Source: Zygnema circumcarinatum SAG 698-1b (Eukaryota > Plantae > Zygnematophyceae). From it: 64,000 nt of DNA. This document shows positions 37,601-53,100 of the stretch, piece after piece. Each line of letters starts with the position of its first letter. Positions within the stretch are counted from its first letter, which is position 1. The stretch lies in the NCBI GenBank assembly GCA_037447605.1, contig CM074809.1, forward strand, positions 1,354,689 through 1,418,688, in the 5' to 3' direction. The notes under the pieces are model-generated. The model was given only the letters and a program-made list of their open reading frames with translations. It was not told the DNA's origin and did no database searches. The position numbers and the translations under genes were made by a program.

Positions 37601-39990
37601 CCAAAAAAAAATATCTTTTTCATAGTGTCAGATAGTTAATGCATGCATTGATGTGAATGCAGTTGTTCGAATTAATTGGTAAAGATTTTTCAAACAGCCT
37701 TTGGGCCAATTCAACCACCATCAAAACATGCCATCCGCAGTCGTAAAACGGGCAATTTGACATGCAGAGAAACGAGAAAGTAAAATTGCCGCATTTCATC
37801 TGTCCACTCATGAACCGTTATAGAATGTTGATTCGCGAAAGTTACCAAAAAACAGCGAGCACGATTCTCCACACAGCCCCAAGTACGAGGTTCATTTTTT
37901 CATATATGAAAAGTCCCGTCGTTTGATCAATGCCCACTCCGCGCTTAAAGATTAAGTACTGCATCCGCCAAAATTTCAGTGTCAAGATTACAAGATTGGG
38001 TTGATCAAAAACATAAGAACCTATAGAGCTTTGTTATGATAGCAAAATTTCTCTCAAAGGACGCACTGAAGGACTGCCACAATTTCATTGTCTGTTGGAT
38101 TCAATAAGAGAAACCGAACCAAGGCAAGGCAGTCAAGATTAGAGGTCAGAATTGTGACCAAACCTGTTCAGCAAACTTTGGTGCGTCTTCCAGAGGACTT
38201 TTTTTAAGGAAGCGTGAGAGTAGGCCAGTGTCAAGCTGCAGCAAAATCCACTCCTCCATATTCCCTTAGTCAGCCAGTCTTGACCAGGAGTTTTGTTACT
38301 CAAAAGGGAAAGAAAGGGCTTGCTATTGCATACATCTCCTCCTGCACAATGTGGGGCTAAACTCCCAGCAGTCCCTTACCCTGTGCCCCCTATGAAACCT
38401 ATGAAACGTAAGGCACAATTAAGGTAGAGTATAATCAGAGTAAGGAAGGAGGATGGGAGGACTTGAAGCTAGGAGCACCCACTTTCGCTGCATCCACACG
38501 GACGGGCAGGCTGAGGAGGTACGAGCACTGCAGAGCCACCTCCAGCTCTCTGTCTCTCAGCAGACTGAAGTTGCTTTTGCACATAACTTCCAGCAGCATC
38601 TCCAGAAACCGAATCTCTGCCTGCTCCATTTGCTCCACTTGCTCTACTCCCACTGGCTCGAACTTGAGCTGTATTTCGCCACCTTCAGGGTCAAACAGCT
38701 CATACATATGCTGCCAGGCCACAGCGTAAAGTCATACTCAAGCTCAAGTAATGATCTATACTATGAACTATGCCATAAACAAAGTTATGCATTCTTGAGT
38801 GATCTACATCCTGCTTAATTTGCTGCAGATGTTTAATATGTTTGTGTTGTATGTACAATTTGCCGGTCACTTTCTATAAAAATTCACACTCTATCGCATG
38901 TCTAAGACTATGTTGAAGAACATCTGCTTATTCTATCTTGCTTTTCATGCCCCTGCACGTGCTAAGTACATGTGGTTGACATGAAACTAGTCGATGAAAA
39001 TTCCATATCCTTCATGACCTCTCTGTCCTTCAATCCTTCATGACTAAAATCAGATTTCATGACCTTCGAGCTTACAGAGCTTCAAAATACGGAGCTGATG
39101 GCCACACCGCAACCCAATAAGCCCGGCGATGAGGCAAAATGGCATTCACACATAAAGCAGAGAAGCAGTGGGAATGTCAAAGAGCAGCGAGGCTAATACC
39201 AGGAGCTCATCGAACAGCTGGCGATACCACGCGCGCATGACGGAGGCCATGCGCTGCCCCAACAATGCAAAGTCCCCTTTGGCCTCCTCATCATCTGGCC
39301 CAGTCCACCACCTCATCATCAAGATGCTCCAACCATTTCGTGAACCAAAGCGTCACGCGTAGATCATGATGATACATGCTTTGACTGCTGAACATCTGCT
39401 GCTTTACTTTTTTATAATATGCATGCCCACGTGTGTATGCGAGAGAGGGGGGAATAGAAATGGAGGGGAGAGGGAGAGCCGGAAGGAGCATCTTGTCGAC
39501 AATTCACTCACTCAAACTCGCAGCAAGCGTGCTAACAAGATGCTCTTTAGAGACTTGAATGACCGCCTCTTTATCAACCCGAAGTATGTCAGACTTCCGA
39601 GGCTGCGATTGTAGAGATATACTGGTGTATTCTACCTGCACAAGTTACTCACAGGTAAAACATTGGGTTCTATCGAGATGATGGCTATGTGGGCTATTTG
39701 TCGTTTCGTAGATGTTTTGATGAAAGATGCAATCGAATCTAGTGTCGATTCAGATTAGTTCCCTTCAAAGGGGGTCCAGTCATTGATTCCCTACCATGAC
39801 TTGAGATGCAGCTCCAGCCGCCCCATTCTGGCCCCTCCCCCATCCTCCGCATTCAGTACTTCATCATGCTTCTTCCAGAGGTCAGATTTTCCATATTCTT
39901 GGAATACTGGATACAAGCTGTTGTTCCGTCAGGTTTCAGCATTCATATTCAAACAGCGGAATTCTTCCAAGCATAGCAGTTCACCAACCT
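34700..39990 (-). CDS. DUF3754 family protein (plant At3g19340-like); both ends approximate
   Basis: Exons: DILRVDKEAVIQVSKEHLVSTLAASL; SVMRAWYRQLFDELL; MYELFDPEGG...RFLEMLLEVMCKSNFSLL..EVALQCSYLLSLPVRVDAAK; IIQEPTFERVVLIYR; RSICVKQFAHVPMADAEIVL; PGLTPVDW; QLKEALLAYFLL; ELDRKCELLMADKFRESVAFDIKDALEKLERLRII. These follow the motif order of plant DUF3754 proteins (RAWY..QF, QEPTF.R, IPMADME, GLTPMDW, FDV.DA..KL). Confidence 0.85.
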
Positions 39991-40039
39991 CACAAAAGTC
40001 TGCATTAAGAAATCGCAAACATTTAAGTAACTGAGAAGA

Positions 40040-40780
40040 GCCTGTAAGCAGTGATATTTTGAAAAGACGAGCAGCCCCTGTAGGAACTGATTTTTTTCTT
40101 GATTTTTATCCTATTTTAGAGTTTTTTTTCTGGATTTCAAGAGATTTCAATCCACACCTGCGGAAATTCTCTGACTGCGCCTTGTGGAGCGGCTGACACA
40201 AGAGGAGGCCTTCCAGGAGGCTGAGTGGTCGAGGGAAGAAGCGGCGTTTTCTCATTAATATTTTTTTTTGACATTTTCAAGATATCTTTTTTTAGCAGAT
40301 CAGCTACTATGAAAGACCTCTATACTCCGCTGCAGCAATCCTCGAAATCGGTGCGCCTAAAAACTGGTCCTTAACCACATCAAAACAAAGCGAAGATCGA
40401 ACAATGTGACGATTCTATCGCAGGCGGGCACAAGGAGGAGCGCTCTCCCCCTCAATTCCCATATTCTGTACCGCCCCCTTCAAGCGCATGGCGGCAGCGC
40501 CTCTCTCTCTCTCCTCTCGCCAAGTGGTCGCTTTTCTCCCCTCCGCGCGCCACGTGGCACCTCTCCTTCTGCAGACGGCCAGCGAGGACTTTCTCCATTG
40601 ACTTTTGCTGGCAATTTGCAACAATCGGGTCCCGCCACGTGTACATACTGACACGTGGCAGACCGTCATTGGCAGATGCTCTTGCAATTTATACTGTACT
40701 GTAGTTTTAGGGAGACTGGCTCTCCAGAGGAAAGGTAGTGGGGGAAGGGGGGAAAGGCTGCTCTCAGTTGGCGCGGCGGC
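40040..40780. promoter_or_regulatory. Putative bidirectional promoter between the DUF3754 (-) and BORCS5-like (+) genes, with three G-boxes
   Basis: Head-to-head genes; GCCACGTGGC 40549, GCCACGTGT 40634, GACACGTGGC 40650. Confidence 0.55.
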
Positions 40781-40784
40781 AGCC

Positions 40785-42421
40785 ATGGGAGCTGCAGACA
40801 GCAAGCCTGCGCAGGTGCGCCTCTGCCGCCAACAGCCGCCATGGCTGCAGAGGCTGAGCTCTTGTCTTCTCCTCTTTCACGCTGAGAGAGTGAAGGAGCG
40901 GGGCGGGGCTGAAGGCTGCCATGGCTGTCGGGGGGAGGCCTGCAGCTCGAGGATGGCATCACGGCCGTCTCGCGGAGGCAGAGAGACAGAGAGGAACTGG
41001 ACCCTTCCTTGGAGAGACTGCGAAGTTTGAAGCTTGTGCGTCTTTTTCTTTTTGAAGCCTTGGCTCTGCCCCTCCTCCATCCTTCTCCTTCCTTGGTCGT
41101 CTCTCTTTCCTTCCTCATCTCCCTTCTCATATACTCTACTATAATCCCACCCTCCCACTTCCTTCCCCCGTTTTTACGGCAGCGTCATATGCATCCTGCT
41201 TTTGTTGTAGAATTTCTCTTGGTTTATTGGGAATTAGGGCATATATCTGGCCCTGTCCAACTTCTGGCTGGGCAGGGGCTCTTTGGACTTGCAGAGCATT
41301 CCGCTTCTTCCGGCTTCAGCTGAGCGCGCAATGCGGGAGCCTGGCATTACCAAAGAGGGCATCCGCCCACCAGCCGTTGATCCTGGTGAGACAAGGCAGG
41401 TGCACTTTTGGTAAATGGTGGTACTGTGCGAAATGGGAATAGTGTTATTAGTGGTGACATTTTTCCTAATGGCGGTTTTGGTGGCCACACTCAGAACTCG
41501 CATTAGATTTGCAGGCACATGATCGTACCATTCGTGTACATTCTGGCAAATTTTGACTTGTACTTTGCCTACATGCATGCAGCCACATTGAAATTGGATT
41601 CTTCTACAACTTCAGAAGTTTTGAAGGTCTACAAAGCATGGCAGGATGCAGCAGCTGACCGGATTAATCGAAACCAGGTAGTCCAATCGCTAGAGGCACA
41701 CTGCCGGTCAGAATTCACTGGCCGAATCTATGGCCGCGAAATGTTCTGAAGTTTTCCGTTGTAATTTTTTATGATGTAGACATCGATTTATTAAGGTAGT
41801 GAGTGGAGTTATCGTGTTCTGCTGTCTTGTTCCATGAATGTGCCCTTAGGTACAGAGCATCGTCAGTGCGTGTCTCAGTCATTCAGGCAGAGATCGTGAG
41901 AGTCGTCTTCTCACTTACAATCCGCCTAGGTTTGAGGATTGCGGTTTGACAGGAGGACATTCACCTCAAGATAGATGCAGTGGAGGCACTCGCGATTAAA
42001 ATTCTGCAATGTCTCAACGACTCCATCGGGCCCACGAACACTTGTGCTGCGCATCTTGGCGAGGGTATGGTTCTGCATAAGCGTTCTCTGATAAGAAGCA
42101 GAACTATTGTAGAAGAAACTGCGACATTATTTTCACTCGCTTGGGGTTGGCACATCCCTGATCAGGCCTTACCTGTGGTTCTGTCTGGGGCTTGCAGCGC
42201 ATGCTCTGCAAGAAGCCATGGCCAACGTGTCTCATGAGCTGATCAAGGTTACGGAACAGTACGAGGCTCTTTTCCGCAGGATGAAGGCATCTGGCCTCCT
42301 TCCAGGAGAGCCGAACACCACCCCCTCGGGAAACTGTCCTTTGACACCGCAGGCTTCTTCGGGAAGCAGCTCGGAAAGTTCTGCAGGAGATGGCAAGTTG
42401 GCCCCTCCTCCACCCATCTGA
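40785..42421 (+). CDS. BORCS5: BORCS5/LOH1CR12 (myrlysin)-like small coiled-coil protein with an N-myristoylation-type start
   Basis: MGAADSK start (Gly2, Ser6) in good Kozak context. Exons: EDGITAVSRRQRDREELDPSLERLRSLKL; SEVLKVYKAWQDAAADRINRNQ; EDIHLKIDAVEALAIKILQCLNDSIGPTNTCAAHLGE; AHALQEAMANVSHELIKVTEQYEALFRRMKASG...PPI*. Recalled similarity to plant LOH1CR12-domain proteins (E.IENKIEVADALA.KLLQR.N.S); family assignment not database-verified. Confidence 0.6.
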
Positions 42422-43451
42422 TTGAATGGAGGTGGGAAGAATGGCATGCGCCTTTTTTAGGGTTTTTAGGCAGGTAGACTTATATGTAGCTACCCTCGTT
42501 ATGCCGTCGTGCTTTGCAGTCTCAAGCAAGTCTAACGTCTAGTTGTAAGTTTCATTTAGATTGTGTCTCTGATTAGATGGAATTCTATGTAGCCCTCGTC
42601 ACTCGTTCTGCCTCGACTATTATACATTGTCCTTTAATTGTTTTGGCGCTGATCGTCATTTTCAACCAGGAGTCACCTTTTCAGTGACTCGTAGAATGAG
42701 AGGCCACCCCCCTTGAGCTTATAGCCACAGCTTAATTCCAGTCTTGACAACAATACCTTCAATGCTAAAGGAGGATTCCTTCTTGAATCTTGCCAAAGTA
42801 TAAAATGTTGGCAGACTTTCAGTCATTCATTGCTTTTGTTGGCTCGTACTAGGGCACATCAAACTTAACTATACCAAGCGGAAGCTTATTTTCAATAGTA
42901 CTGACGTTTTTTCATAAGGCACTCGTTTACATTCAGATCGCGATGTCCCCAGAGTCCTCATGGTACAAGATTTACGGACGTTTCTTTTTCAGTATCAGTG
43001 ATGATTTTTAAGCCTGACATGCCCCATCATTCAGAAAGGGACGCTAAGAAGATCCTTTTGCTCCAATATATCCCAAATGGCATTTGCACTGGCAAATGAC
43101 CAAAACAATGGGAGTAGTCGGCCAAAGGAGACCATTAACTAACCTCTCGAAACGTATGTGAGCAAATCGTAAGTAGTACTCTCCTGTAAAGAGGTGGTGA
43201 CGATTGTTGGCATTGTTGGGACTTCGACATGAAGGCTTGGCCAGGGTAGAATACTGGCATGGAATGGTGAGACCATGCTGAGGACCAACAATCGGCGTTG
43301 TTGAAATGGCATAGTACATGTCAGGGAGATTTCAACGGACTGCACACATCAAGAAGCAGAACTGCATTTGGACCAGACGGTAGTACTCCTTGGCAGATGA
43401 CAAAAGGATTCCGGATAAACTATATATAATGGGAGCGCCTCCTCGCGGTTT

Positions 43452-46053
<2,602 letters not shown>

Positions 46054-46146
46054 GGCTCGGTCGTACCCCTGCTCCCCCTCCCCTGCCCTGTCTTACTCCC
46101 TCCCGGAAGGGGCCGCATGCCCGCCCGGCGCAGAGCCACTGGGGGT

Positions 46147-46324
46147 GCCACGTGGCGCCGCGTGATTGGGGAAAGGTCTTGTCAAAGGATAGCGACGGAT
46201 TTAGCTGTTGAGCGGAATTGTAACCATGTGAACGCGTTATTAATCGTGTAACGCTAAACTGTGCACAAGAAAAGGAGATGGGCTGGGCGCTTTTCTGGCT
46301 GTATATGTGACGACGACACGTGGC
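46147..46324 (-). promoter_or_regulatory. G-boxes upstream of GGPPS
   Basis: GCCACGTGGC 46147 and GACACGTGGC 46315, about 95-270 bp upstream of the ATG at 46053. Confidence 0.55.
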
Positions 46325-46723
46325 AAATATACGACAGATCGACGTTTTTGGGCAACCGATGTGACGGACGGTTTGAAGATCCGTGACGGAAAGGATGATT
46401 AGGTGGCGGAGCGCTATTGGCGGACAGATTCTGAATGAAATAGCTTCACTATGGAGCGGGCATGGAGACCCACACGGGTGGGGACCTAACGGTACGTCAG
46501 ACCTGGTTGGAGGCCGTTGGGGAAGGAGATGCGGCATGGATCTCACGATGGCGCTCATGCCATCAAATGTACATGGACAAAACCATCATGGGGAACCACG
46601 AGGAACTGGCTGCAAAGGACCTAAGGACGAAAGGAAAAAGCTAGGAGCGGAAAGGTATGCCTAGGCTCAACAGCGCAGCCTTAAAAGCAGCCGCGAAGGT
46701 CGCCAATGTGTGGCACATGGCGC

Positions 46724-47256
46724 GGAGGGAGGAGGGAAGAGGAGGGAGGGAGGAGGGAGGAGGGAGGGAGGGAGGGAGGGAGGGGAGGGAAGGGAGGAGG
46801 GAGGGAGGGAGGGAGGGGAGGGAGGGAGGAGGAGGGAGGGAGGGAGGGGAGGGAGGGAGGGAGGGAGGGAGGGAGGGAGGGAGGGAGGGAGGAGGGAGGG
46901 AGGGAGGGAGGAGGGAGGGAGGGGAGGGAGGGAGGGAGGGAGGGAGGGAGGGAGGGAGGGAGGAGGAGGGAGGGAGGGAGGGAGGGAGGGAGGGAGGGAG
47001 GGAGGGAGGGAGGGAGGGGAGGGAAGAGGGAGGAGGGAGGGAGGGAGGGAGGGGAGGGAAGGAGGGAGGGAGGAGGGAGGGAGGGAGGGAGGGAGGGAGG
47101 GAGGGAGGTAGGAGGGAAGGAGGGAGGGAGGGAGGGAGGGAGGGAGGGAGGGCAGGGAGGGAGGGAGGGAGCAGGGAGGGCAGGGGAGGAGGGAGGAGGG
47201 AGGGAGGAGGGAGGGAGGAGGAGGCAGGGCAGGGGAAAGGAGGAGGGAGAGGAAGA
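46724..47256. repeat. ~530-bp (GGAG/GGGA)n polypurine tract
   Basis: Almost exclusively G and A on + across the whole interval. Confidence 0.95.
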
Positions 47257-47259
47257 ACA

Positions 47260-50074
47260 AGCTTGAGCATAACACTCAAAGCCTGCCAGAGACTAAGTCA
47301 CTTAAATGCACGTCTGTCTGATCACGCAAGTGCCCCCTTCCGGGCCCCCCTCATTCATCCCACGCCCTTACACGCTCCGCCGAACCCTCACGAGCGAGGG
47401 ACGGGGCAGGTTAGCGAACGGGTGCGTGCCACCGTGGCCACGTGGCTCCATGCCACTGACCAGAGGTTGGTCACGGCCACCAGCATTTCCCAATGTGTGA
47501 CCGCGACACGCTCACTTGCAGCACTGACCGGCGGTCGTGGCCCGTGTCCCTCACTCTGACGCGACGCGCGACCCTGCAGATCGCCGCCAGCCCGACCGCG
47601 CGCACGACGCATGGATCCGCATGGCTATACGCAGACCCTGAGAGGCCGCCTGGGATGGCCAGCCCACCCCTGCACTTGCTGAGGATGCCGGCGGCACGCG
47701 GGGTCTGAGCCGCCCAGGCCTCGCCATGTCCCCCCACTGCGAGCTGCGACCGTCTTGCTCACCAGGGCAACCGAGCTCAAAGCAGCGCAGCTCCACCCAC
47801 ACGCGTCGCACTTGCCGTGACCCAATGGGAGGGCTTAGCCAATCCTGGCCAAGTCCCTGCCGAGCTGGCCCCAAAGACTGCCACAACCTCCCGCCCACCT
47901 CGCCCGCGCCGCTGTCTCGCCGCTCCCAGTACAAATCAAGCAGCTCCTGGCATCTGGTCAGTTGCCTTCTTTCTCCCAAGCACCATGTTCAACCCCACAT
48001 CAACTCACTTCACGACACCGTGAACGGGAACCTGCGACCCCTCTCACGCCCGTGGTTTGACGGGCTTCCACTCACACCCAGGGTCGCCTTCCAATCTCCA
48101 ATTGGAGGGTGCAGGTGACCGATCTTCCCTCCTGCCTGGAGCCTCTGTGAGACTACACCAAAGATCGGACGCACTTTCAGATGGGTGGCAAATCCAACCC
48201 TTAAGGAGTCTCTATGCTTCACGATTAGAGCCCACACAACGGTGGCGACACCTACGGGCCGCCCACAAAATTGATCTAAGACTGGCCGCACTCAACAAAA
48301 CTTCATCTCCCTCAATAAAGGTAAGTGGAGTCCGCTTTGCCTGTCAGGAGCACCGACTTCTGCCGGGAAACCGCCTGAGAGCCGCCCGCCCGCTGAGGGC
48401 TCAGACATCATCAAAGAAGTAAAATTGGAAGGAGTTGAGTCCTGACCAGCCCTCCTCGACAATTGAAGGATCGGGATTTTGGTGGACACCCATGTGCCAT
48501 GCACAAGGGATTGATTCTTTGAGATTCAGAAGGATGTGATGAAATTTTAAAAGAATGGAGTAGTATTGACACATTCCTTGGTACGCATTATTATGGGCAT
48601 ATTCAGCCTACTCCGCAGAGTTGACCCACACATTTGGTGCAGGTCCCACACAATGCCGAAGATAATCTTCCAGGATTCGGTTCACCCGCTCCGTCTGGCC
48701 GTCAGTTTGCGGGTGGAAGGCTGTACTCATAGCCTGCTTGGTACCCACGATTCGTAGCACTTCTTTCCAGAAATGTCCAGTGAATCTGGGATCTCGATCA
48801 GAAATAATCTCTGATTGAAGCCCATGCAAACTCCATACTTTGTCAACATAGATCCGTGCCATCTCATCGGCCCCAGCTGTCTTAGTAGTTGGTGCAAAAT
48901 GCACCATCTTGCTGAGCCTATCGACGAACACTAAGATGGAGTCAAAACCCCGTGGTGTGACAGGCAGATCAGCGATCAAATCCATGCCAACATTTTTGAT
49001 TTTGAAGGGAGGATGAGGATTGAGCTGGTGGGTGAACCTGCGCGCGTGCCTGATCACGCCACAGGACAGGCGAAGCACACACTGCCTCCACATCCTCGTG
49101 AGCCCGGCTATCACAATTTATGAATGCCTCATGAGTCTGGAGATTCCCATATGACCTCTGCTGTTGGATCATGCAATCTACTCAGAATGAGTCGCTACAA
49201 CTCAAGTTCTTGGGATGACCAACGCGCGTGATACTAAAAGCACCTATCTGCCAAGCACCACTTTGTCCTTATAGCCACTACCCTGGCCATCCAAGGAATA
49301 AAGGCATCACCAATATAGCCCTTGAATTATTTGCCCAATGTGTGAGAGGAGGTTCGACTGTCTGACTTGGTGGGTGGTTCATGGTGAGACATACTGGGAA
49401 GGGAGAAATTGCAGACGCTGCCTTCATCTCGACTTGTCTGTTCCTCCATCACCTGAGTTGATTGATGCACCATCCAGGCTAGATGTCGCGACTGCCTGCT
49501 CAATGGATCCGCCACATTCAACCTCCTTGGTCGATAGACCCCATTGACAGTCCAACCTCGTTGAAGGAACTTGGACTGACGGCTGCCGCAGTTACGCTCG
49601 CCGGAGAGAAGAGAATGTCATGTCATGATCCGCGGATAAGCGAACGCCTTCTTCCCTCTAAATAACATTGCCATGTCCTTAGACGCGGGATCATGAAGGA
49701 GCTCTTGTCAGCCGGCAGAATAATTGCGTCCGATTTTCTCATCTACGGGTTTCGCACTAAGAGGTCGCCCACCCAAATAGTACGCTTCCCAGAGCGATCG
49801 CACGCATCACAAACCACCTCATATGGTTTGGTAGGGCCTCCGACACCAATGTAGGTGCGCTGATCAACAAGCGTTCTGTACTCAAGGCCTCTTGGCATTC
49901 AGCGTTGAATGTAAGTGATTGGACGCTGCCCAGCCCAGTCGCCAAGGGAGTAACAAGTTTGCTAAACCTTGAATAAATTTACGAAAATAATTTGCAATCC
50001 AGGAAGAATTGCAACCATGGGTAAATCAGCTACTTCCCATGTTCACTGCAACTCACCCTAGCTGGGCCCCATCT
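47260..50074 (-). mobile_element. Degenerate Ty3/gypsy chromovirus, 3' half (RT connection/RNase H - integrase - chromodomain - PPT - partial 3' LTR)
   Basis: Minus strand: FLG.ANYFRKFIQG.SKLVTPL near 50000; integrase core 48608-49114; chromodomain end WEKEGN.TRCQELLDLYW (~47930-47990); PPT-like GTGGGGGGACA (47737-47727) followed by TG at 47726. Many frameshifts. Confidence 0.88.
48608..49060 (-). pseudogene. Gypsy integrase catalytic core fragment
   Basis: VGMDLIADLPVTPRGFDSILVFVDRLSKMVHFAPT...LHGLQSEIISDRDPRFTGHFW...MSTAFHPQTDGQTERVNRILEDYLR (D-D-E). Confidence 0.92.
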
Positions 50075-50174
50075 NNNNNNNNNNNNNNNNNNNNNNNNNN
50101 NNNNNNNNNNNNNNNNNNNNNNNNNNNNNNNNNNNNNNNNNNNNNNNNNNNNNNNNNNNNNNNNNNNNNNNNNN
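50075..50174. other. Scaffold gap (100 N)
   Basis: Exactly 100 consecutive Ns, a conventional placeholder for a gap of unknown size. Confidence 0.98.
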
Positions 50175-53100
50175 TTCGGCGCTACCAATCTGTCCAGTAG
50201 CGAGTCATCTGTCTGCAGCGATGCGCGTCTGGGTTAGCAGCGGTTATGCTTTGTTAAGTGCAGATGGTCAATCTTTATTCGCGAACCGTACTGCTTCCCA
50301 GCAAAGGATTGGGCGTAGAAAGGATACGGGCGGGTTGATCGACCTTTGTCTACCGAGTTTGAGGTTGTTTCTGCATCTGCTTGGGGTCTCCTTGGGACTT
50401 ACTTAGATAAATCGGCCGCTTGGCGGCTTATGTCAGTTCGAGAGATTGTATGTCAGAAGCGCTGCGTGGCGGAGGCAACCCGAGGTAAGTCATCGAGGAA
50501 AAATATCCACCCCGAGGTGTTCGTCCCAGCAGCGGTTGGATCCGGATGGAGCGGTGACAGCGTAAAATTAGGTGGCGTACGGCTCTTGTTCTACGTCGTG
50601 ACATCTTAGTGGTATCCATGAGCATGCCAAAAAGCAAAGATGCAATCACGCGCCTTATAACTTTGCTTAATGCGTAGGCGAACAGCGGGTACTGTCGGCC
50701 TTCAGCGTATACGGAATGCGTAATCGCAGGCTGAGTTATTACGTCCTGCGCCCACGCTGGCCTTAAAGCAGCAGTAGGTATGGAAAAATCCATCGAGCAC
50801 TTGACCATGATTTAACCCGTGACACCACGAGAATAACAACATCTAGGCGAGCGGATTAGTGACAAAACACGAATGCGCCCACGGTAAATTGAATCTTGAG
50901 GCGTGTGGTTATGGTGCCAAAAGTTTACGACCACATCTTCCATCACCAAAAATTACGATTTGGTGAGAGGAAGCCAGACAAGTCAACAACTTAGTCTGGT
51001 AATGAAATTAAAATTGGCGCTGAATCAGTAAAACTACTACTGAGATGCGCATGATGAATCGCGAAAGATGGGTACGGTGTCGCCAGTGGAAGAGTAGCCC
51101 TTAATACGTCACGATGATGGAGAGCATGAAGTCCGCTTAAATCAAAGTAGTGCAGCGATCGGCGGCAAAGCTGGTAGAAGTATCCGCTGATATGGCATTA
51201 AGGATAATCGCACCGCTGAGATCTTGACCAACTTCAGTTAGTATGGCTAAAGTCCCGTCGAAGCATTACAAAGGTATCAATCGTACAAACTTGAAACATA
51301 TTGGTGATGCGGCTATGGCAGTAAAAGCGGCAATGCTCTGATGATACAAGAGCCAGCGTTACGATTTGAAATCAACGGTGGTGTTCTCCATTCATCATAA
51401 CATTACGTAGAAAGAGTGAGTCGCGATTAAAATCGAGAATGGAATCAGCGTTTAGATGCTTTTCGGAGCGCGAAGTCACAAATACATAAGTAGTCGTCCG
51501 TGCATGCGCCCGTGTCATTCGAGAATATCAAGGGATTTGTAGTGCAAGCGAAGCCTCTACAGAAGCCGTCAGCGGCATTTGCGATCCTTAATCCATCTTA
51601 CTCCGCCCCTTGTGGCTCTTCTGGCTCTTTGGTGGTGCCGTTCCGGCCCTTTTCATGCTTGTCACTTGATGCTTTTGCGGACGATCGCCGCCGTATGGCG
51701 GGCTGCTTGCGACGCCGGAAACTTTATCGTCTTCGCCTTGCGTCTTACTCCGTTTCACGTAGGTAAGCCTGCGCCTTAGCGAGAAAATTTGTAGAGGCGA
51801 GAGTTGCGCTCGGCTTCTCTTACGCGGTTACCCCCAAGCGGAAATGAAGGAAGAGGCTTCCGTGCACTTTGGAGGTGAGTGGGCGTGAAGGTCAGCCTTC
51901 TTTGCGGGCGTGGAGCGTGAGCGTTGCGGCTCATTCTAGCGCCGTCTCGCAATGCTTTTGGAGTCTGGAGAGGAATGCCATCTCTTGACGATCTTTGGCA
52001 CGAACCCCTGCGTAGCGTCTTCGAAGGTTAATTTCTTTCCGTGATGATGTTAAATCACCGGTAGCGGTGGCGGGTGGAGATCTTTACGAATGGGTGCGGG
52101 GCTGGCTTGCTTTCCAGAGAGTAGCTGCGAGGCGAACATGGTCGATGAAGAAGGACCCAGCGGATCTGAGTCTAAATCTCCCTGGATTCTCCTCCATGGG
52201 TGATCCTCTTGGTCCTGTTTGGAAAGTAGGAAAAGCGGAAGTGCGGAAATGCCTCCCGTTACACAAAACGATCCACAATTTGTGGGAGCGAGTGAATGCA
52301 AATTATCGCGGCGGCTTTACTGGCTGATTCACTCTGGCGGCGTGGCGAGGCGCCCAGCGTCCGCCACCTCGAGGCTGAGGGCAGGAGCTCTTCCTTTCAT
52401 TCCAAAGCAAGGGGGCAACTCGCGAAGGAAGCGAGAGTCGCGACCTCGCCCAGCGTATATACGCAAAAGGTCGCGAAGAGCACTCGCGAGAAATGGAAGA
52501 AGATGAAGAAGGAAGGGCGATGTTTAGAATGCTTAGAAGCGATGCGGCCCGTATAGCGAAGAGGCTGTCCGCAAAAGCATCAGGACAAGAAGGAAAAGGG
52601 CGGAGAAAGCGGCCACGCCCTTGGCGGTGTAAGAGTGGCTGCGGGTGGAAAGATGGATTAAGGATTCGCATTTCTTGCCGTGATTACAGAGGCTAACTTT
52701 GTACCCTGACACCGATATTACGAATGTGATGGGCGAGCGACGGATGACCCGTGATGTATTTGTGACTTTGTGTCTGAGCATCTAAATGTGTGATTCCGAT
52801 ACCGATTTCATAATGCATTGACTCGACTTCTTTCGTAGATATTTGTGATGAATGGAAGCGATTATTTATTTAGTTTTGAATCCGCTTGGGTAATGTGTGT
52901 CTCTTATTGATTGTACATTTGTTGCTTTTCGTTCACCGGTAGCATCAGCAGTCATGTTTCAAGTTTTAAATGTATTTTGATACCTTCCCCGTGCCGATTG
53001 GGACTTTAGCCGTACTAGCGGAAGTTGGTCAAGATGCAGCGGCGAAAAGGACATCCGATCTTACGATGGGTGGATATACCCGGTTCTTTGGTTGGATCGT

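Noticed and set aside
46641-47559. 200-300 aa PPSL/GGRE ORFs
   Set aside because: Artefacts of the stop-free (GGAG)n tract.
50175-50603. Identity of a 5' LTR with the 3' LTR (57612-58800) for insertion dating
   Set aside because: Only a short weak similarity (GGTGTT..CAGC.GTTGGAT) is visible; the sequence is too noisy and is truncated by the gap.
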